Source: Candidatus Poribacteria bacterium | GTDB lineage: Bacteria > Poribacteria > WGA-4E > WGA-3G | DNA: 64,000 nt | Assembly: GCA_963665235.2 (NCBI GenBank) | Contig: CAXXLX010000001.1 | Span: 3,456,001-3,520,000, forward strand | Direction of reading: 5' to 3' | Shown: piece after piece, positions 1-9,870 of the stretch | How the letters are laid out: every line of letters starts with the position of its first letter | How positions within the stretch are numbered: the stretch's first letter is position 1 | Position numbers and translations under genes: made by a program | The notes under the pieces: model-generated | The model's database searches: none | What the model was told of the DNA's origin: nothing | The model's input: the letters and a program-made list of their open reading frames with translations, nothing else

Positions 1-1134
1 TGTTTGCATTAAAGCCTCACCAGGGGCAGCTCCCTCGAAATTTGCCTTGTGAAATTCGGCAAAGATTTCCTCCGGCCTTTTCATCGCTTCAACGGAGATT
101 TTGGGACCCTGCGCGGCTTCCGGTGCTTCAATTTCAACGCTTAGCACTTCGCCGCCGCGTCGGTCAAAAGCTTGACGAATTTTATCGCTGATGCCAACCT
201 TGGGTTTGCTCAATACTAACTTGACCTGGATGTATTTGTCTTTCCAATTCCCTGTCATTGCTTCTGATAGGATAGCGGTTTCATCCCCTTCAACAGTGCA
301 TAATTCCTTGAAAATGGGAATCTCAATCTCTCTATCTTGCGCCAGCGTGCCATCGTCAGACATTTCTAGCAGGTACACCTTTTTGCGATACCCCGCTTCG
401 TTGAAACGCATCGGAATCGGTGAGCCTGAATATCGGATTGGATAACTGGTACCATTAAACGTTTGCGGTCTGTGGAGATGCCCAAGTGCAACATAATTGA
501 CCCCTTCCGGAAAATCGCTCAGCCGAATTGCACTAGCCCCTCCAATCTGGATGTTTCGTTCGGATAGGGTCTCTTCTCCGCCGTATAAAAAGAGGTGTCC
601 CATCAAAATTTTAGGGAGCTCCGGGGGCATGTGAGAGACACAATCCGCATAGAACGTCTTGAGTTGTTCGCGAAACCGTTCACTCTTTTCTACCTCCGAT
701 TCGTAAGAGATATGTCGGAGTGCACTTTCCCGGAGATATGGGACCGCTGCAACAGCAACGCGCGGGTTTTCGGGTGGCAACGCGAAAACACATTCGCTCG
801 GCTCTTCCGCAAGTCCAACGACGTGAATCCTCCCCATTTTAAGGAATTCGCGTGGGGCCTCCAGGTGTTGAGATGAATCGTGATTACCGGCAATAATCAC
901 AGTGTAGGCATCCGTCTCATCAAAAAGACGATAAAGAAACCGATAATAGAGCTCTGTTGCTTCCGCGGCGGGAAGGGATGTATCGAAGATATCCCCCGAA
1001 ACGAGCAGAAGTTCAACCTGATGTTTCTGGATTGTCTCAAGAAGCCAATCCAGAAATTGTTCATGTTCGTCAAGTCGCTGTCGTTCGTGAAGTCTTTGTC
1101 CGATATGCCAATCGGCTGTGTGCAAAATTCGCAT
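1..1134 (-). CDS. sbcD: Exonuclease SbcCD subunit D (3' end runs off the window)
   Basis: Minus strand from ATG at 1134 (AGAGG RBS) reads MRILHTADWHIGQRLHERQR...VSGDIFD...ITGNHDS...GHLF...YVALGHLH, the Mre11/SbcD phosphoesterase motifs; no stop in the window, so absent from the ORF track. Confidence 0.93.
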   Translation of the reverse strand, partial: MRILHTADWHIGQRLHERQRLDEHEQFLDWLLETIQKHQVELLLVSGDIFDTSLPAAEATELYYRFLYRLFDETDAYTVIIAGNHDSSQHLEAPREFLKMGRIHVVGLAEEPSECVFALPPENPRVAVAAVPYLRESALRHISYESEVEKSERFREQLKTFYADCVSHMPPELPKILMGHLFLYGGEETLSERNIQIGGASAIRLSDFPEGVNYVALGHLHRPQTFNGTSYPIRYSGSPIPMRFNEAGYRKKVYLLEMSDDGTLAQDREIEIPIFKELCTVEGDETAILSEAMTGNWKDKYIQVKLVLSKPKVGISDKIRQAFDRRGGEVLSVEIEAPEAAQGPKISVEAMKRPEEIFAEFHKANFEGAAPGEALMQT

Positions 1135-1234
1135 GCGTACCTCTTTTTTTGATTTTTTTTCCTGTTTTTATGATATAATAATTGCATAAAATTTTCAAGT
1201 AGAAATTTTGGCTTAAGCTATTTAAGGAGAAAAA

Positions 1235-1984
1235 ATGCGTTTTAGAAATCTATCTGTTGTATTCACAGGGTTGTTGCTCGTGACTATTTTTGCTGTAGTG
1301 AATAATACGTCAGCGGCACTGTTCTTTCACGACGATTTTGAGCAGGATAGCATCGGCAACGAGCCTAAGAAATGGGACATCGGGTTTGCGGGAAAAACAA
1401 AGGCTGAAGTCGTCGCCGACCCGAAAGATGCAAAGAATAAGGTGTTGATGACTTCCGACAAAGCCTCTAACGCATCACGACACGATGGCCCTGGCGGGTC
1501 CATTTATGTCGCTGGCGATGCGGATTGGGACGATTACGTCGCTGAATGGGACATGATGTTTCCCGATGACTTCTATATGGGGGTTGTCTTTCGCTTTCAA
1601 AGTGGCGAGAAATTCTATCTCAGCGACCGTCGGCAAGGCGGAAGCGCATACCAATTCTATAAACGTCAAAACGGCGGTTGGCCGCTTATAGGCAATGGAC
1701 AGGTAGCAAACAAACCTCAAGTGTGGTACCGCGCACAACTTACGTTGGATGGCGATAAATTCACATTTAAACTCAAGGAACGCGATGATACAACACCTTT
1801 CGAAAATGTTGCTGTAGCTACTGAAGCTACGGATGGTGATTATAAGACCGGTAAGTTCGGCAATTACGGACTGGTCTATATTGATAACCTTTTCATCGGC
1901 GATGGTGTTGAAGATTTGGTTTTGCCTGTGGAACCGCAGGATAAATTAAGCACAACTTGGGGGACTATTAAAGCCGCCTATTAA
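1235..1984 (+). CDS. Secreted concanavalin/DUF1080-like protein with C-terminal VEPQDKLSTTWGTIK motif
   Basis: AAGGAG RBS, signal peptide, FHDDFE...W and beta-sandwich-like pattern (DWDDY, GVVFR, GKFG), conserved C-terminal tail. Confidence 0.7.
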   Translation: MRFRNLSVVFTGLLLVTIFAVVNNTSAALFFHDDFEQDSIGNEPKKWDIGFAGKTKAEVVADPKDAKNKVLMTSDKASNASRHDGPGGSIYVAGDADWDDYVAEWDMMFPDDFYMGVVFRFQSGEKFYLSDRRQGGSAYQFYKRQNGGWPLIGNGQVANKPQVWYRAQLTLDGDKFTFKLKERDDTTPFENVAVATEATDGDYKTGKFGNYGLVYIDNLFIGDGVEDLVLPVEPQDKLSTTWGTIKAAY

Positions 1985-1995
1985 TGTTGGTAAAA

Positions 1996-2026
1996 GGTAG
2001 TAGGCACACGGCGTGTGTCTACTACC
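1996..2026. repeat. GTAG-led REP-like palindrome
   Basis: GGTAGTAGGCACAC-GGC-GTGTGTCTACTACC, 14-bp stem. Confidence 0.7.
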
Positions 2027-2044
2027 ATCAATGGAACTCACATT

Positions 2045-3322
2045 ATGTCAACGTACATTGCCCACGGTGGAAAAGACACTGTCATCACTGCCGCAGAAAA
2101 ACGCGCCTTGCTACACGAAGCACTGCTCAAATTGGGGGGTATTCCGAAAAAGATTTTGGTAGTGCCACCCGATATAACACGTCTCCACTCAAACGCTGGT
2201 GAACTCACCCGTATTCTCTATGAGTTGTGGGACACCGCAAACGGTACCACTTTTGACATATTGCCCGCTATCGGCACACATGCTCCGATGACCGATGCAC
2301 AAATTGCCGATATGTATGGCGATTTGCCCAAAGCGACATATCACGTCCACAACTGGCGCACCGGGCTATATCACTTCGGGGAGGTGCCATCCGAGTTTGT
2401 GCAGGAGGTTTCGGGCGGCAAACTTGATTATAGTATTCCTGTCGCCGTCCACCGCCAGCTCGTAGAAGGTGATTACGAACTTATCCTCTCCGTTGGACAG
2501 GTCATTCCACACGAAGTTATCGGTATCGCCAACGGGTTTAAAAACATCCTCGTCGGTGCAGGTGGGGTTGAGATGATTAACAAATCCCATTTCCTCGGTG
2601 CTGTAGATGGTATGGAACGTCTCATGGGGCGAACCGATACCTCTGTCAGGCGGGTGTTGAATTACGCACACGCGCATTACTTGAAGCAGCTCGGTATTGT
2701 GTATGTTATGAGTGTTATGGATGTGTCACAGAATGGTGAACGTGTCATGCGGGGTCTTTACGTCGGCGATGATGCACGCACCTTTGAAATCGCCGCTGAA
2801 TTAAGTAGAGCCGTTAATATGACATTCCTTGACACCCCTCTAACGAAGGTAGTCGTTTATTTGGACCCGCGGGAGTTCAAAAGCACGTGGCTCGGTAACA
2901 AGGCAATCTACCGCACACGCATGGCAATGGCAGACGATGGTGAGCTGATTATCATTGCCCCCGGGCTCCGCGAATTTGGTGAGGATGCTGAAATTGACCG
3001 GCTCATTCGAAAATACGGGTATCGTGGCACCCCCGCGACGCTTGCTGCTGTTAAAGAAAACCCGGAGTTACAGGAAAATCTCTCCGCTGCTGCGCACCTG
3101 ATTCACGGCAGTACCGAGGGACGTTTTAAGGTCACTTATGCGACAGAACACCTCACTCAAACCGAAATTGAATCGGTTGGGTATCAGTGGGCCCCTGTAG
3201 AGGACGTGCTTTCGGAATACAATCCTGAAATACTTGTTGATGGGTTTAACGACGATGGATTTTTCTATATCAGTGAACCGGGACAGGGGTTGTGGGCACT
3301 ACGTTCGCGGTTTGATGAATAG
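2045..3322 (+). CDS. LarA-superfamily (lactate racemase domain) sugar-acid epimerase-like protein
   Basis: VVPPDITR, AIGTH, HNW, GQVIPHEVIG, KNILVG, STWLGNKA motifs; ATG 2045 preferred over the track GTG lying in the REP. Confidence 0.8.
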   Translation: MSTYIAHGGKDTVITAAEKRALLHEALLKLGGIPKKILVVPPDITRLHSNAGELTRILYELWDTANGTTFDILPAIGTHAPMTDAQIADMYGDLPKATYHVHNWRTGLYHFGEVPSEFVQEVSGGKLDYSIPVAVHRQLVEGDYELILSVGQVIPHEVIGIANGFKNILVGAGGVEMINKSHFLGAVDGMERLMGRTDTSVRRVLNYAHAHYLKQLGIVYVMSVMDVSQNGERVMRGLYVGDDARTFEIAAELSRAVNMTFLDTPLTKVVVYLDPREFKSTWLGNKAIYRTRMAMADDGELIIIAPGLREFGEDAEIDRLIRKYGYRGTPATLAAVKENPELQENLSAAAHLIHGSTEGRFKVTYATEHLTQTEIESVGYQWAPVEDVLSEYNPEILVDGFNDDGFFYISEPGQGLWALRSRFDE

Positions 3323-3352
3323 ATAAATTTCCATAGAAAGAAGGAGAGTAGA

Positions 3353-3571
3353 ATGCAACTGTTTAAGGTTATTGTAGAAAAACATACTGATGGTTATGTC
3401 GCCTATCCGATTGGGCTGAAAGGTGTTGTTATAGGGCAAGGCGATACGGACAAAGAAAGTGTTGAGGATGTAACCTCTGCAATTCGGTTTTGTGTTGAGG
3501 CTTTTGGAAAAGAAGAGCTCGAAGCTGAGGAACCTGCCCTGGACGTTTTCGTAACCGAAGTGAATGTCTGA
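3353..3571 (+). CDS. hicB: HicB-family antitoxin (short form)
   Basis: 72 aa, VIVEKHTDGYVAYPIGLKGVVIGQGDT...SAIRF; GAAGGAG RBS. Confidence 0.75.
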   Translation: MQLFKVIVEKHTDGYVAYPIGLKGVVIGQGDTDKESVEDVTSAIRFCVEAFGKEELEAEEPALDVFVTEVNV

Positions 3572-3603
3572 TGCCTTGTTTTCTAAAGTGAATAGGGACA
3601 AAA

Positions 3604-3670
3604 TATGTTTACAGAAAACGCAAACACAACACAACCCTAGCCCCAGCGGGGCGGTATGTTTATAGAAAAC
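3604..3670 (-). repeat. Dispersed repeat family C (CTATAAACATAyCGCCCCGCTGGGGCT), about 1.5 units
   Basis: Reverse complement matches 34599-34675 and 55811-55837, including the TGTTTGCGTTTT linker. Confidence 0.85.
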
Positions 3671-3697
3671 CACAACGCGAACTTGTGTTTTTTTAAC

Positions 3698-3726
3698 TTG
3701 TATTGTGCTAACAAATATGGTATAAT
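3698..3726 (+). promoter_or_regulatory. Sigma70-type promoter
   Basis: TTGTAT-N17-TATAAT with TG extended -10. Confidence 0.6.
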
Positions 3727-3732
3727 ATACAT

Positions 3733-3897
3733 ATAAGATTAAAGTATCTGGGACTATTTAACAAGTTCCTGTTAGCGGGTTCCGTGACAGACCCCGCCGG
3801 ATACCGTTTAGCGGTGCGACGGTTGCCCCGCTTGAACGGAGAACGTCCCCTGGATGGACGAAAGAATCCCATAGGTTTTAGCCGTGGGAGGTGTCAA
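3733..3897 (+). mobile_element. IS200/IS605 right-end remnant; candidate stand-alone omega/reRNA
   Basis: Ends in GAATCCCATAGGTTTTAGCCGTGGGAGGTGTCAA (subterminal hairpin plus TCAA), preceded by several hairpins; no tnpA/tnpB attached. Confidence 0.6.
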
Positions 3898-3930
3898 TAC
3901 ACTGCTATATGCTGGAAAGGAGACAGTGAT

Positions 3931-5868
3931 ATGTCTATAATGATTCCTGATGTAATTTCCGATAGTGCTTCGGATGCCAAGAAAAAGATATTTGAACAAC
4001 TCAAAGGCGTTGCTCAATCCAGAAATTGGGAAGTATTACATTCAATTACCATAAATTCAAGAGAGATTGATTTTGTCATTTTAGTTCCTGACCGTTGTTC
4101 TGTCATTTGTCTTAAGGTGGCGACAAACGATTCTTATGACCTTGTAAAAGAGGCCCTTGGACATGCCAAGAAGGACATGGAAGCCTTGAGATCGGAGTTC
4201 CCAGGCTACTTTCAAGATGATTCTTTACTCTTCCTTGGTTCCAATGCAGTATCCGTAAAGGAGCCCCCGAAAGAGGTAAAGGAGCCCCCGAAAGAGGAAG
4301 ACATAGGCGGGAAATTGACAAGCTATATCTTTCAGGAATGCCCAGACGAAGTACAGCAAATATGTGAAAATTGGGGAGAGGATAGTAATACGGAAAGATA
4401 TCAGGAAGTACAGTTGATGCTGGATAAATTGCGATCTGAGTTGGTATCGACCGGTGAAACGATCACGACAATCGCAACCGTATTCCACGACAATTTGGAG
4501 ACTCACCGTCCACAGTTACTACGCCTGACAGACGATCAACTCAAAGTTTTGCAACTCGTCGGTTGTGAGCCGCCACCTACAATCCTACCTGAATCAGACG
4601 ATCGAATCCAAATTAATAGCCCGGAACCCATAAAGGTGCAACCCCGCTGTGTAGTTGATGGTGCGGCAGGCACTGGCAAAACAGTTCTCGCTATAGAAAT
4701 CGCTAGACAACTTTGCGAATCAGGCAAGACCGTCGGGATGCTGTGCAGCAACCCTTATTTGAGTCAACGTTTTGTGAATTGGGCAGAAACGCTCTCTGGT
4801 GATAACGGTGGTAAGATTATAGCAGGTACGCCCGCGAAACTGCCACTCCGAGCTTTCAGGGGAAACAGTAATCTTAAGAAGAAACATGAGCAACGGCTCA
4901 AAAAGTCGCCAGGTCTTGAAGGATCGCTGAAATTAGGTTATTTGGATAAAGGTTGGCAGGACTTTATAGTCGAAACAATTAAAGACTTGGATGCTTTGGA
5001 ACAAGGGCCTATTTTCGACTATCTGATTGTTGACGAGGCACAGAATTTGTGTGCCGAGATGTTTCTAAACCTCCAAAACGCGCTATTGAAGGGTGGGTTA
5101 AAAGATGGATGCTGGATAATGTTCGGTGATTTCACCAACCAGCAAATTGTCTCGCCAAACATTAAAATGGTCTGGGCAAAGTTTGCCAATTATTTCACCA
5201 ATCAGAGCCCCGTCTCCCCAGAGATTGGCACAAATCCGACATGGGAAGATGTGGTAAAACTTCTAAGGGAAATCGGGCTAGAAGGTGCCAGGTTAGAAGT
5301 TAATTGCCGGAATACACACGAGATAGCGGATAAAACTGCCAAGTTGGTTAGGCTCGGATCGCCACCGATGCTCGGGGTACATGGACCCCATGTTCAGATT
5401 GAATACTTCAACTCACAGGAAAACTTGACAGCGATCCTGGATAACTTGATATCTGATTGGCAAGATAGAAATTTCAAATCAAAGCAGATTATCCTGCTTT
5501 CCAGCGGCACTGGAGGTGAATTCAATACCGGTCGGGAGTATTCGGGATGGGAACTCCTTAACATAGCAGCAGAGCCCTCCGCTGGAAAAGATAATACACT
5601 CAAGTATAGCGATGTCTACGATTTCCAGGGTTTGGAAAGCGACTTGGTTATTCTTGTTCTTCCTCAAACTGAAGATATGGTTGAGTTAGCAGGTAGTCTC
5701 ACACTGCCCCGGGAAAAACACCTGAACAGGGTCCTCTATACCGGCATGAGTCGTGCTAGGGTAATGCTCGTTATTGTTGCCGATGAACATTGGGAGCGAA
5801 TCTTAAAGCGGCGCGAGCATCTGTATGTTATACTGGCAGAGTTACAACAAGCGAAGGAAGGGATGTAG
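3931..5868 (+). CDS. NERD-like domain fused to SF1 (UvrD-like/DUF2075) helicase
   Basis: AAGGAG RBS before ATG 3931; WEVLHS...REIDFVILVP NERD-like N-terminus; GAAGTGKT, DEAQ, FGD, NCRNT, FQGLESD, LYTGMSRAR. Confidence 0.85.
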   Translation: MSIMIPDVISDSASDAKKKIFEQLKGVAQSRNWEVLHSITINSREIDFVILVPDRCSVICLKVATNDSYDLVKEALGHAKKDMEALRSEFPGYFQDDSLLFLGSNAVSVKEPPKEVKEPPKEEDIGGKLTSYIFQECPDEVQQICENWGEDSNTERYQEVQLMLDKLRSELVSTGETITTIATVFHDNLETHRPQLLRLTDDQLKVLQLVGCEPPPTILPESDDRIQINSPEPIKVQPRCVVDGAAGTGKTVLAIEIARQLCESGKTVGMLCSNPYLSQRFVNWAETLSGDNGGKIIAGTPAKLPLRAFRGNSNLKKKHEQRLKKSPGLEGSLKLGYLDKGWQDFIVETIKDLDALEQGPIFDYLIVDEAQNLCAEMFLNLQNALLKGGLKDGCWIMFGDFTNQQIVSPNIKMVWAKFANYFTNQSPVSPEIGTNPTWEDVVKLLREIGLEGARLEVNCRNTHEIADKTAKLVRLGSPPMLGVHGPHVQIEYFNSQENLTAILDNLISDWQDRNFKSKQIILLSSGTGGEFNTGREYSGWELLNIAAEPSAGKDNTLKYSDVYDFQGLESDLVILVLPQTEDMVELAGSLTLPREKHLNRVLYTGMSRARVMLVIVADEHWERILKRREHLYVILAELQQAKEGM

Positions 5869-5934
5869 TTGCCTTTTCCAATATTTATTTCAGCACAAGG
5901 CATTCATTTCAGCTTCCCCGATAGTTACCCTTAT

Positions 5935-7500
5935 TTAACAGTTCTTGGTGAACTGTTCTCGATTATTGAGGTTCGTAAGATGCTGATCAATTTTGGCCCG
6001 GTCGACGTAACCCTTTAACAAGGCTATCTGGAAAGCATCCTTGGCGGAAGTTCCATCGTTATCAAACAGGGCCCTTACACCGGTGTAGTAAAAATCGTCA
6101 GCATTTTGAAGGGGTGTATTAACTCTGCTGTTTAATAGTTTAATGGCAACTTCGACAGCATCTTTTCCGCCATGTACGAATTTAGATTCAATGAAGTCGG
6201 TTTCATAATTAGGACAAAGTCTGACGACGTTGGCATAGTTCTCAACAGCTGTATCATAATCCTGATCTGCATAGTATACACTACCTAAATTGAGGTATAT
6301 TGTAGCAAAATCAGGGTTAGTGTAAGGGTCAAGTTCAATTTGCTCGTTGTATAGCCTGAGGGCCTCTCTTAAATCCGCGATTGCTCGGCAATTCTTGCCT
6401 TTTTTGTAGTAGTAGAATCCCCTGTTGTTGTAAGCTCTCGCTGATGGATCGCTACCGAAGTGGGATGAAGTGCGGTCAGATGACCAAGAATCTTCACCAA
6501 GGTAGATGTCCTCGTGAATCCGCAAAACGAATTCGTCATAGAGATCATTAAAATTCTCGTCTCGACAGATAACCTCACTCATGTCAGTAATGGCACTGTC
6601 ATAATCCCCTTTTTGGGTGTAGATTTCCCCCCTTTCAAAAAAGAGTTCAATTGTAGGATCCGTTATTCCTATTAACCCGAGACCTTGTGTCCCGCGATAA
6701 CTGTAACCGAGCTGCTGCGCTTTATCGTAGTCGGCGATAGTTTTGTTGTAGTCTGAAATAACCTTATCATAGTCGTAATGGCATTCGGGGTGGCGGTCAA
6801 TAACATGATAATGGTATATCTTCGCCCTTTTGTGATAAGCATGAGCGAGCTGGGGGTTAAGCTGGATGGCTTTGCTATAGTCTTCTATTGCCAAGTTATA
6901 GTCTCCCCTCCATTCGTGGATTAATCCCCTATAGTAGTAGACTTTGGCGTTTTTAGGACAAAGCTGGACAAGGGCTTCAATTAGTTCCGTATTGCTGTCT
7001 TCAACATAAGATTGGAGATTAAAACCAAGTTTGAGGGCTTCGTCGGAATCAACGCAGGCTCTATCCGACTCACCTTTACAATCATAGGCCTCACTCCTTG
7101 CATAGTACGCTTCGGCATATTCAGAGTTGATCTGGATGGCTTTGCTGTAGTCCAAGATAGTCTTGTCATATTCCTCTTTGCAAAAGTAAACATCCCCCCT
7201 ATTAAGATAGGCTTTGGCGTTTTCGGGATAGATCTGGATAATTTTGCTATAATCCGAGATGGCCCGTTCATAATCGTCTATATAAAAGTGGACATTCCCT
7301 TTGTTAATATAGAGAATAGGGTTATCTGGATTAACCCGAATGAGTTCGTTCAAATCCTGGATGGTTTCATCTAAGTCACTGATTGTTAGAGGAAGCTCTT
7401 TTACGTCAGAACCTCCCTCTAGCCATTCGATGGTACTTCTAATGATTTCATTCAGGTGTTGAACAGCTTCATCCCAGTCATGGACAGTTTGGTTACTCAT
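5935..7500 (-). CDS. TPR protein with shared C-terminal domain (paralog 4)
   Basis: Multiple AYxNRG...AIxDYSKAI repeats; tail VRLCPNY...YYTGVRAL...KIDQHLTNL. Confidence 0.9.
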   Translation of the reverse strand: MSNQTVHDWDEAVQHLNEIIRSTIEWLEGGSDVKELPLTISDLDETIQDLNELIRVNPDNPILYINKGNVHFYIDDYERAISDYSKIIQIYPENAKAYLNRGDVYFCKEEYDKTILDYSKAIQINSEYAEAYYARSEAYDCKGESDRACVDSDEALKLGFNLQSYVEDSNTELIEALVQLCPKNAKVYYYRGLIHEWRGDYNLAIEDYSKAIQLNPQLAHAYHKRAKIYHYHVIDRHPECHYDYDKVISDYNKTIADYDKAQQLGYSYRGTQGLGLIGITDPTIELFFERGEIYTQKGDYDSAITDMSEVICRDENFNDLYDEFVLRIHEDIYLGEDSWSSDRTSSHFGSDPSARAYNNRGFYYYKKGKNCRAIADLREALRLYNEQIELDPYTNPDFATIYLNLGSVYYADQDYDTAVENYANVVRLCPNYETDFIESKFVHGGKDAVEVAIKLLNSRVNTPLQNADDFYYTGVRALFDNDGTSAKDAFQIALLKGYVDRAKIDQHLTNLNNREQFTKNC

Positions 7501-7560
7501 GTAGTTAACTCCACACTTGGATAATCACGGTAGGTATTTCAGAAACAATTTCGAAAGTGC

Positions 7561-8496
7561 CTATTTTCGATACTTCAAGTTCTCAAGATGTTGCTTAATT
7601 TTTGCCTGATCGTCGTGTCCCAATTTCAAGGCTATTGTAAAACATTCCTGGGCGGAAATTGTTTCATCACCCTCAAATAGGGCTTTCACGCCATTGTAGT
7701 AGAAGGCTTCCGCACTTTCAGGAGGCCAAGGATAAATGCTATCTAATAGTTCTATCGCCCTTTCAACCTTGTCTACTCCATCTTCAAATTGGTGAAATTG
7801 GTGATTAAGGAAGTTTACATAATTAGTGCAAAGTCGAACAGCATTATCGTAATTCTCGATAGCTTTGTTATGCTCTCCTTTTTTGTTGTATGAGTCACCC
7901 TTGTTGAGATATGTCTTGGGATGGTCAGCCCTATACTCAATAGCTAAGTCATAGTTTTTAATTGCGTTGTCATGATCATTCATGGCAGCATAAACATTGC
8001 CTATAGCATTGTAGATTCCGGCTATAGCATTGTAGGTTCCGGCATATTTGATAGCTGTATTGTGATCGGCAATAGCTTCGTCATAGTCGCGTTGGGCAGC
8101 ATGGGCGAAACCCCGAGAAGTATAGGCTCTGGCATAGTTGGGTCTAAGCTCGATAGCTCTGTTATAGTCAACAATAGCCCGAGCATAGTTCCCTGTTTTG
8201 TAGTAGGCATACCCTCTGTTGGTGTAAGCTTCGGGATTGTCAGATTTAAGTTTGATAGCTTTATTGTGATCGGCAATAGCTTGGTCGTAGTTGCCTTTGG
8301 CAGCATGGGCAAAACCCCGAGAAGTATAGGCTTCGGCATCTTCGCAGGCAAATTCGATAGCGTTATCGTAGTCAGCAATAGCCCGGTCATACTCACCTAT
8401 GCGACGATAAGCATCTCCCCTGCGTCTATAGGTTGCAGCATGTTTGGGATTAAGTCTAATGGCTTCATCCAATTCACGAATAGTTTGGTCATTCAT
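7561..8496 (-). CDS. TPR protein with shared C-terminal domain (paralog 3)
   Basis: TPR repeats; tail WPPESAEAFYYNGVKALF...KIKQHLENLK. Confidence 0.9.
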   Translation of the reverse strand: MNDQTIRELDEAIRLNPKHAATYRRRGDAYRRIGEYDRAIADYDNAIEFACEDAEAYTSRGFAHAAKGNYDQAIADHNKAIKLKSDNPEAYTNRGYAYYKTGNYARAIVDYNRAIELRPNYARAYTSRGFAHAAQRDYDEAIADHNTAIKYAGTYNAIAGIYNAIGNVYAAMNDHDNAIKNYDLAIEYRADHPKTYLNKGDSYNKKGEHNKAIENYDNAVRLCTNYVNFLNHQFHQFEDGVDKVERAIELLDSIYPWPPESAEAFYYNGVKALFEGDETISAQECFTIALKLGHDDQAKIKQHLENLKYRK

Positions 8497-8518
8497 GTCG
8501 TAATCCTCTCTCTATAAG

Positions 8519-9721
8519 CTATTCCTTCAAGTTATCGAGATGTTGCTTAATTTTTGCCTGATCGTCGTGCCCTAATTCCAAGGCTATTGTAAAACATTCC
8601 TGGGCGGAAATTGTTCTATCATTCCCAAATAGGGCTTTCACGCCATTGTAGTAGCAGGCTTCCGCACTTTCAGGAGGCCAAGGATACATGTTGTCTAATA
8701 GTTCTATCGCCGCTTCAACCGCTCCTACTCCTCCGTAGATAAAGGCACGATCTGCGAAGTCGGTCTCATAATTCGGACAGAGTCGGACCGCGTTATCGTA
8801 GTCCTCAATAGCCCTAGTATAGTCCCCCGTCGAATTTCCTATTGCGTGGTAAATGCCGCCCCTGTTGAGGTAGATTGCAGCATGGTCAGACTTAACCCGG
8901 ATGGCTTCATTCAAATCCATAATAGCTTTATCATACTCCGTTTTGTCTTCATAGGCAACGCCCCTATTAGTATAGAACGCAGCATCTTTAGGGTCTAGTC
9001 GGATGGCTTCGTCGTAATCAGCGATAGCCCGATCATGGCCACTTTTTCGACTGTAGGCGATTCCCCTAATATTATAGGCAATAGCGTCTTCAGGGTCAAT
9101 TCTAATTGCCTCATCCAAGTCTGAAATAGCTTGTTCATAGTCGCCTTTACTGCTGTGGACGATTCCCCTATTGATGTAGGCAGTAGTATTATCAGGGTCA
9201 ATTCTAATTGCCTCATCCAAGTCTGAAATAGCTTGTTCATAGTCGCCTATATTACCGTAAGCACTGCCTCTATTGCTGTAGGCTTTAGCATCTTCCGAAT
9301 TAAATTGAATCGCTACGTTGAAATCCGAAATAGCCTTGTCGTAGAGACCTTTACTACTGTAAGCGGTCCCTCTATTATGGTAGACTGCAGCAACGTTAGG
9401 ATTGAGTCGGATTGCTTCACCGAAGTCTACAATAGCTTTGTCATAATTGCCTATGTGGTTGTAAGCAGCTCCTCTATTATAATAGGCAGCCGCGTATTCA
9501 AGATTGAGTCGGATTGCTTCATCGAAGTCTACAATAGCTTTGTCGTATTTACCCATGGCACTGTAGGCGTTTCCCCTATTGTTATAAATTACGGCATTTT
9601 TAGGGACGAGTGTAATAGCCTCATTATAGGCCTCAATAGCTAGATCATAAGCTCCTATTTGGAAGTAGAGAACTCCCCTTTTGTTGTAGTCTGCGGCAAG
9701 CATGGTAGATTGGTCATTCAC
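8519..9721 (-). CDS. TPR protein with shared C-terminal domain (paralog 2)
   Basis: About 9 TPRs with 102-bp DNA-level duplications; GGAGG RBS before GTG. Confidence 0.92.
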   Translation of the reverse strand: MNDQSTMLAADYNKRGVLYFQIGAYDLAIEAYNEAITLVPKNAVIYNNRGNAYSAMGKYDKAIVDFDEAIRLNLEYAAAYYNRGAAYNHIGNYDKAIVDFGEAIRLNPNVAAVYHNRGTAYSSKGLYDKAISDFNVAIQFNSEDAKAYSNRGSAYGNIGDYEQAISDLDEAIRIDPDNTTAYINRGIVHSSKGDYEQAISDLDEAIRIDPEDAIAYNIRGIAYSRKSGHDRAIADYDEAIRLDPKDAAFYTNRGVAYEDKTEYDKAIMDLNEAIRVKSDHAAIYLNRGGIYHAIGNSTGDYTRAIEDYDNAVRLCPNYETDFADRAFIYGGVGAVEAAIELLDNMYPWPPESAEACYYNGVKALFGNDRTISAQECFTIALELGHDDQAKIKQHLDNLKE

Positions 9722-9870
9722 TTGGGAACCTCCTTTCTCTGATTAATTTCAAATCTCTATCACAGAATCACTATATTTTGGCCTGCCATTATGCGAAAAC
9801 CCGTGTACGTCCAACTAACGCAAATTGCAACGCTTGAGGGTAAGGACATAGAGAATTCCACAACGACATT

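Noticed and set aside
191-1187. Short track ORFs over the first 1.2 kb
   Set aside because: Shadows of the minus-strand sbcD
3784-3930. Track N-terminal extension of the helicase
   Set aside because: Runs through the IS-end remnant; RBS supports ATG 3931
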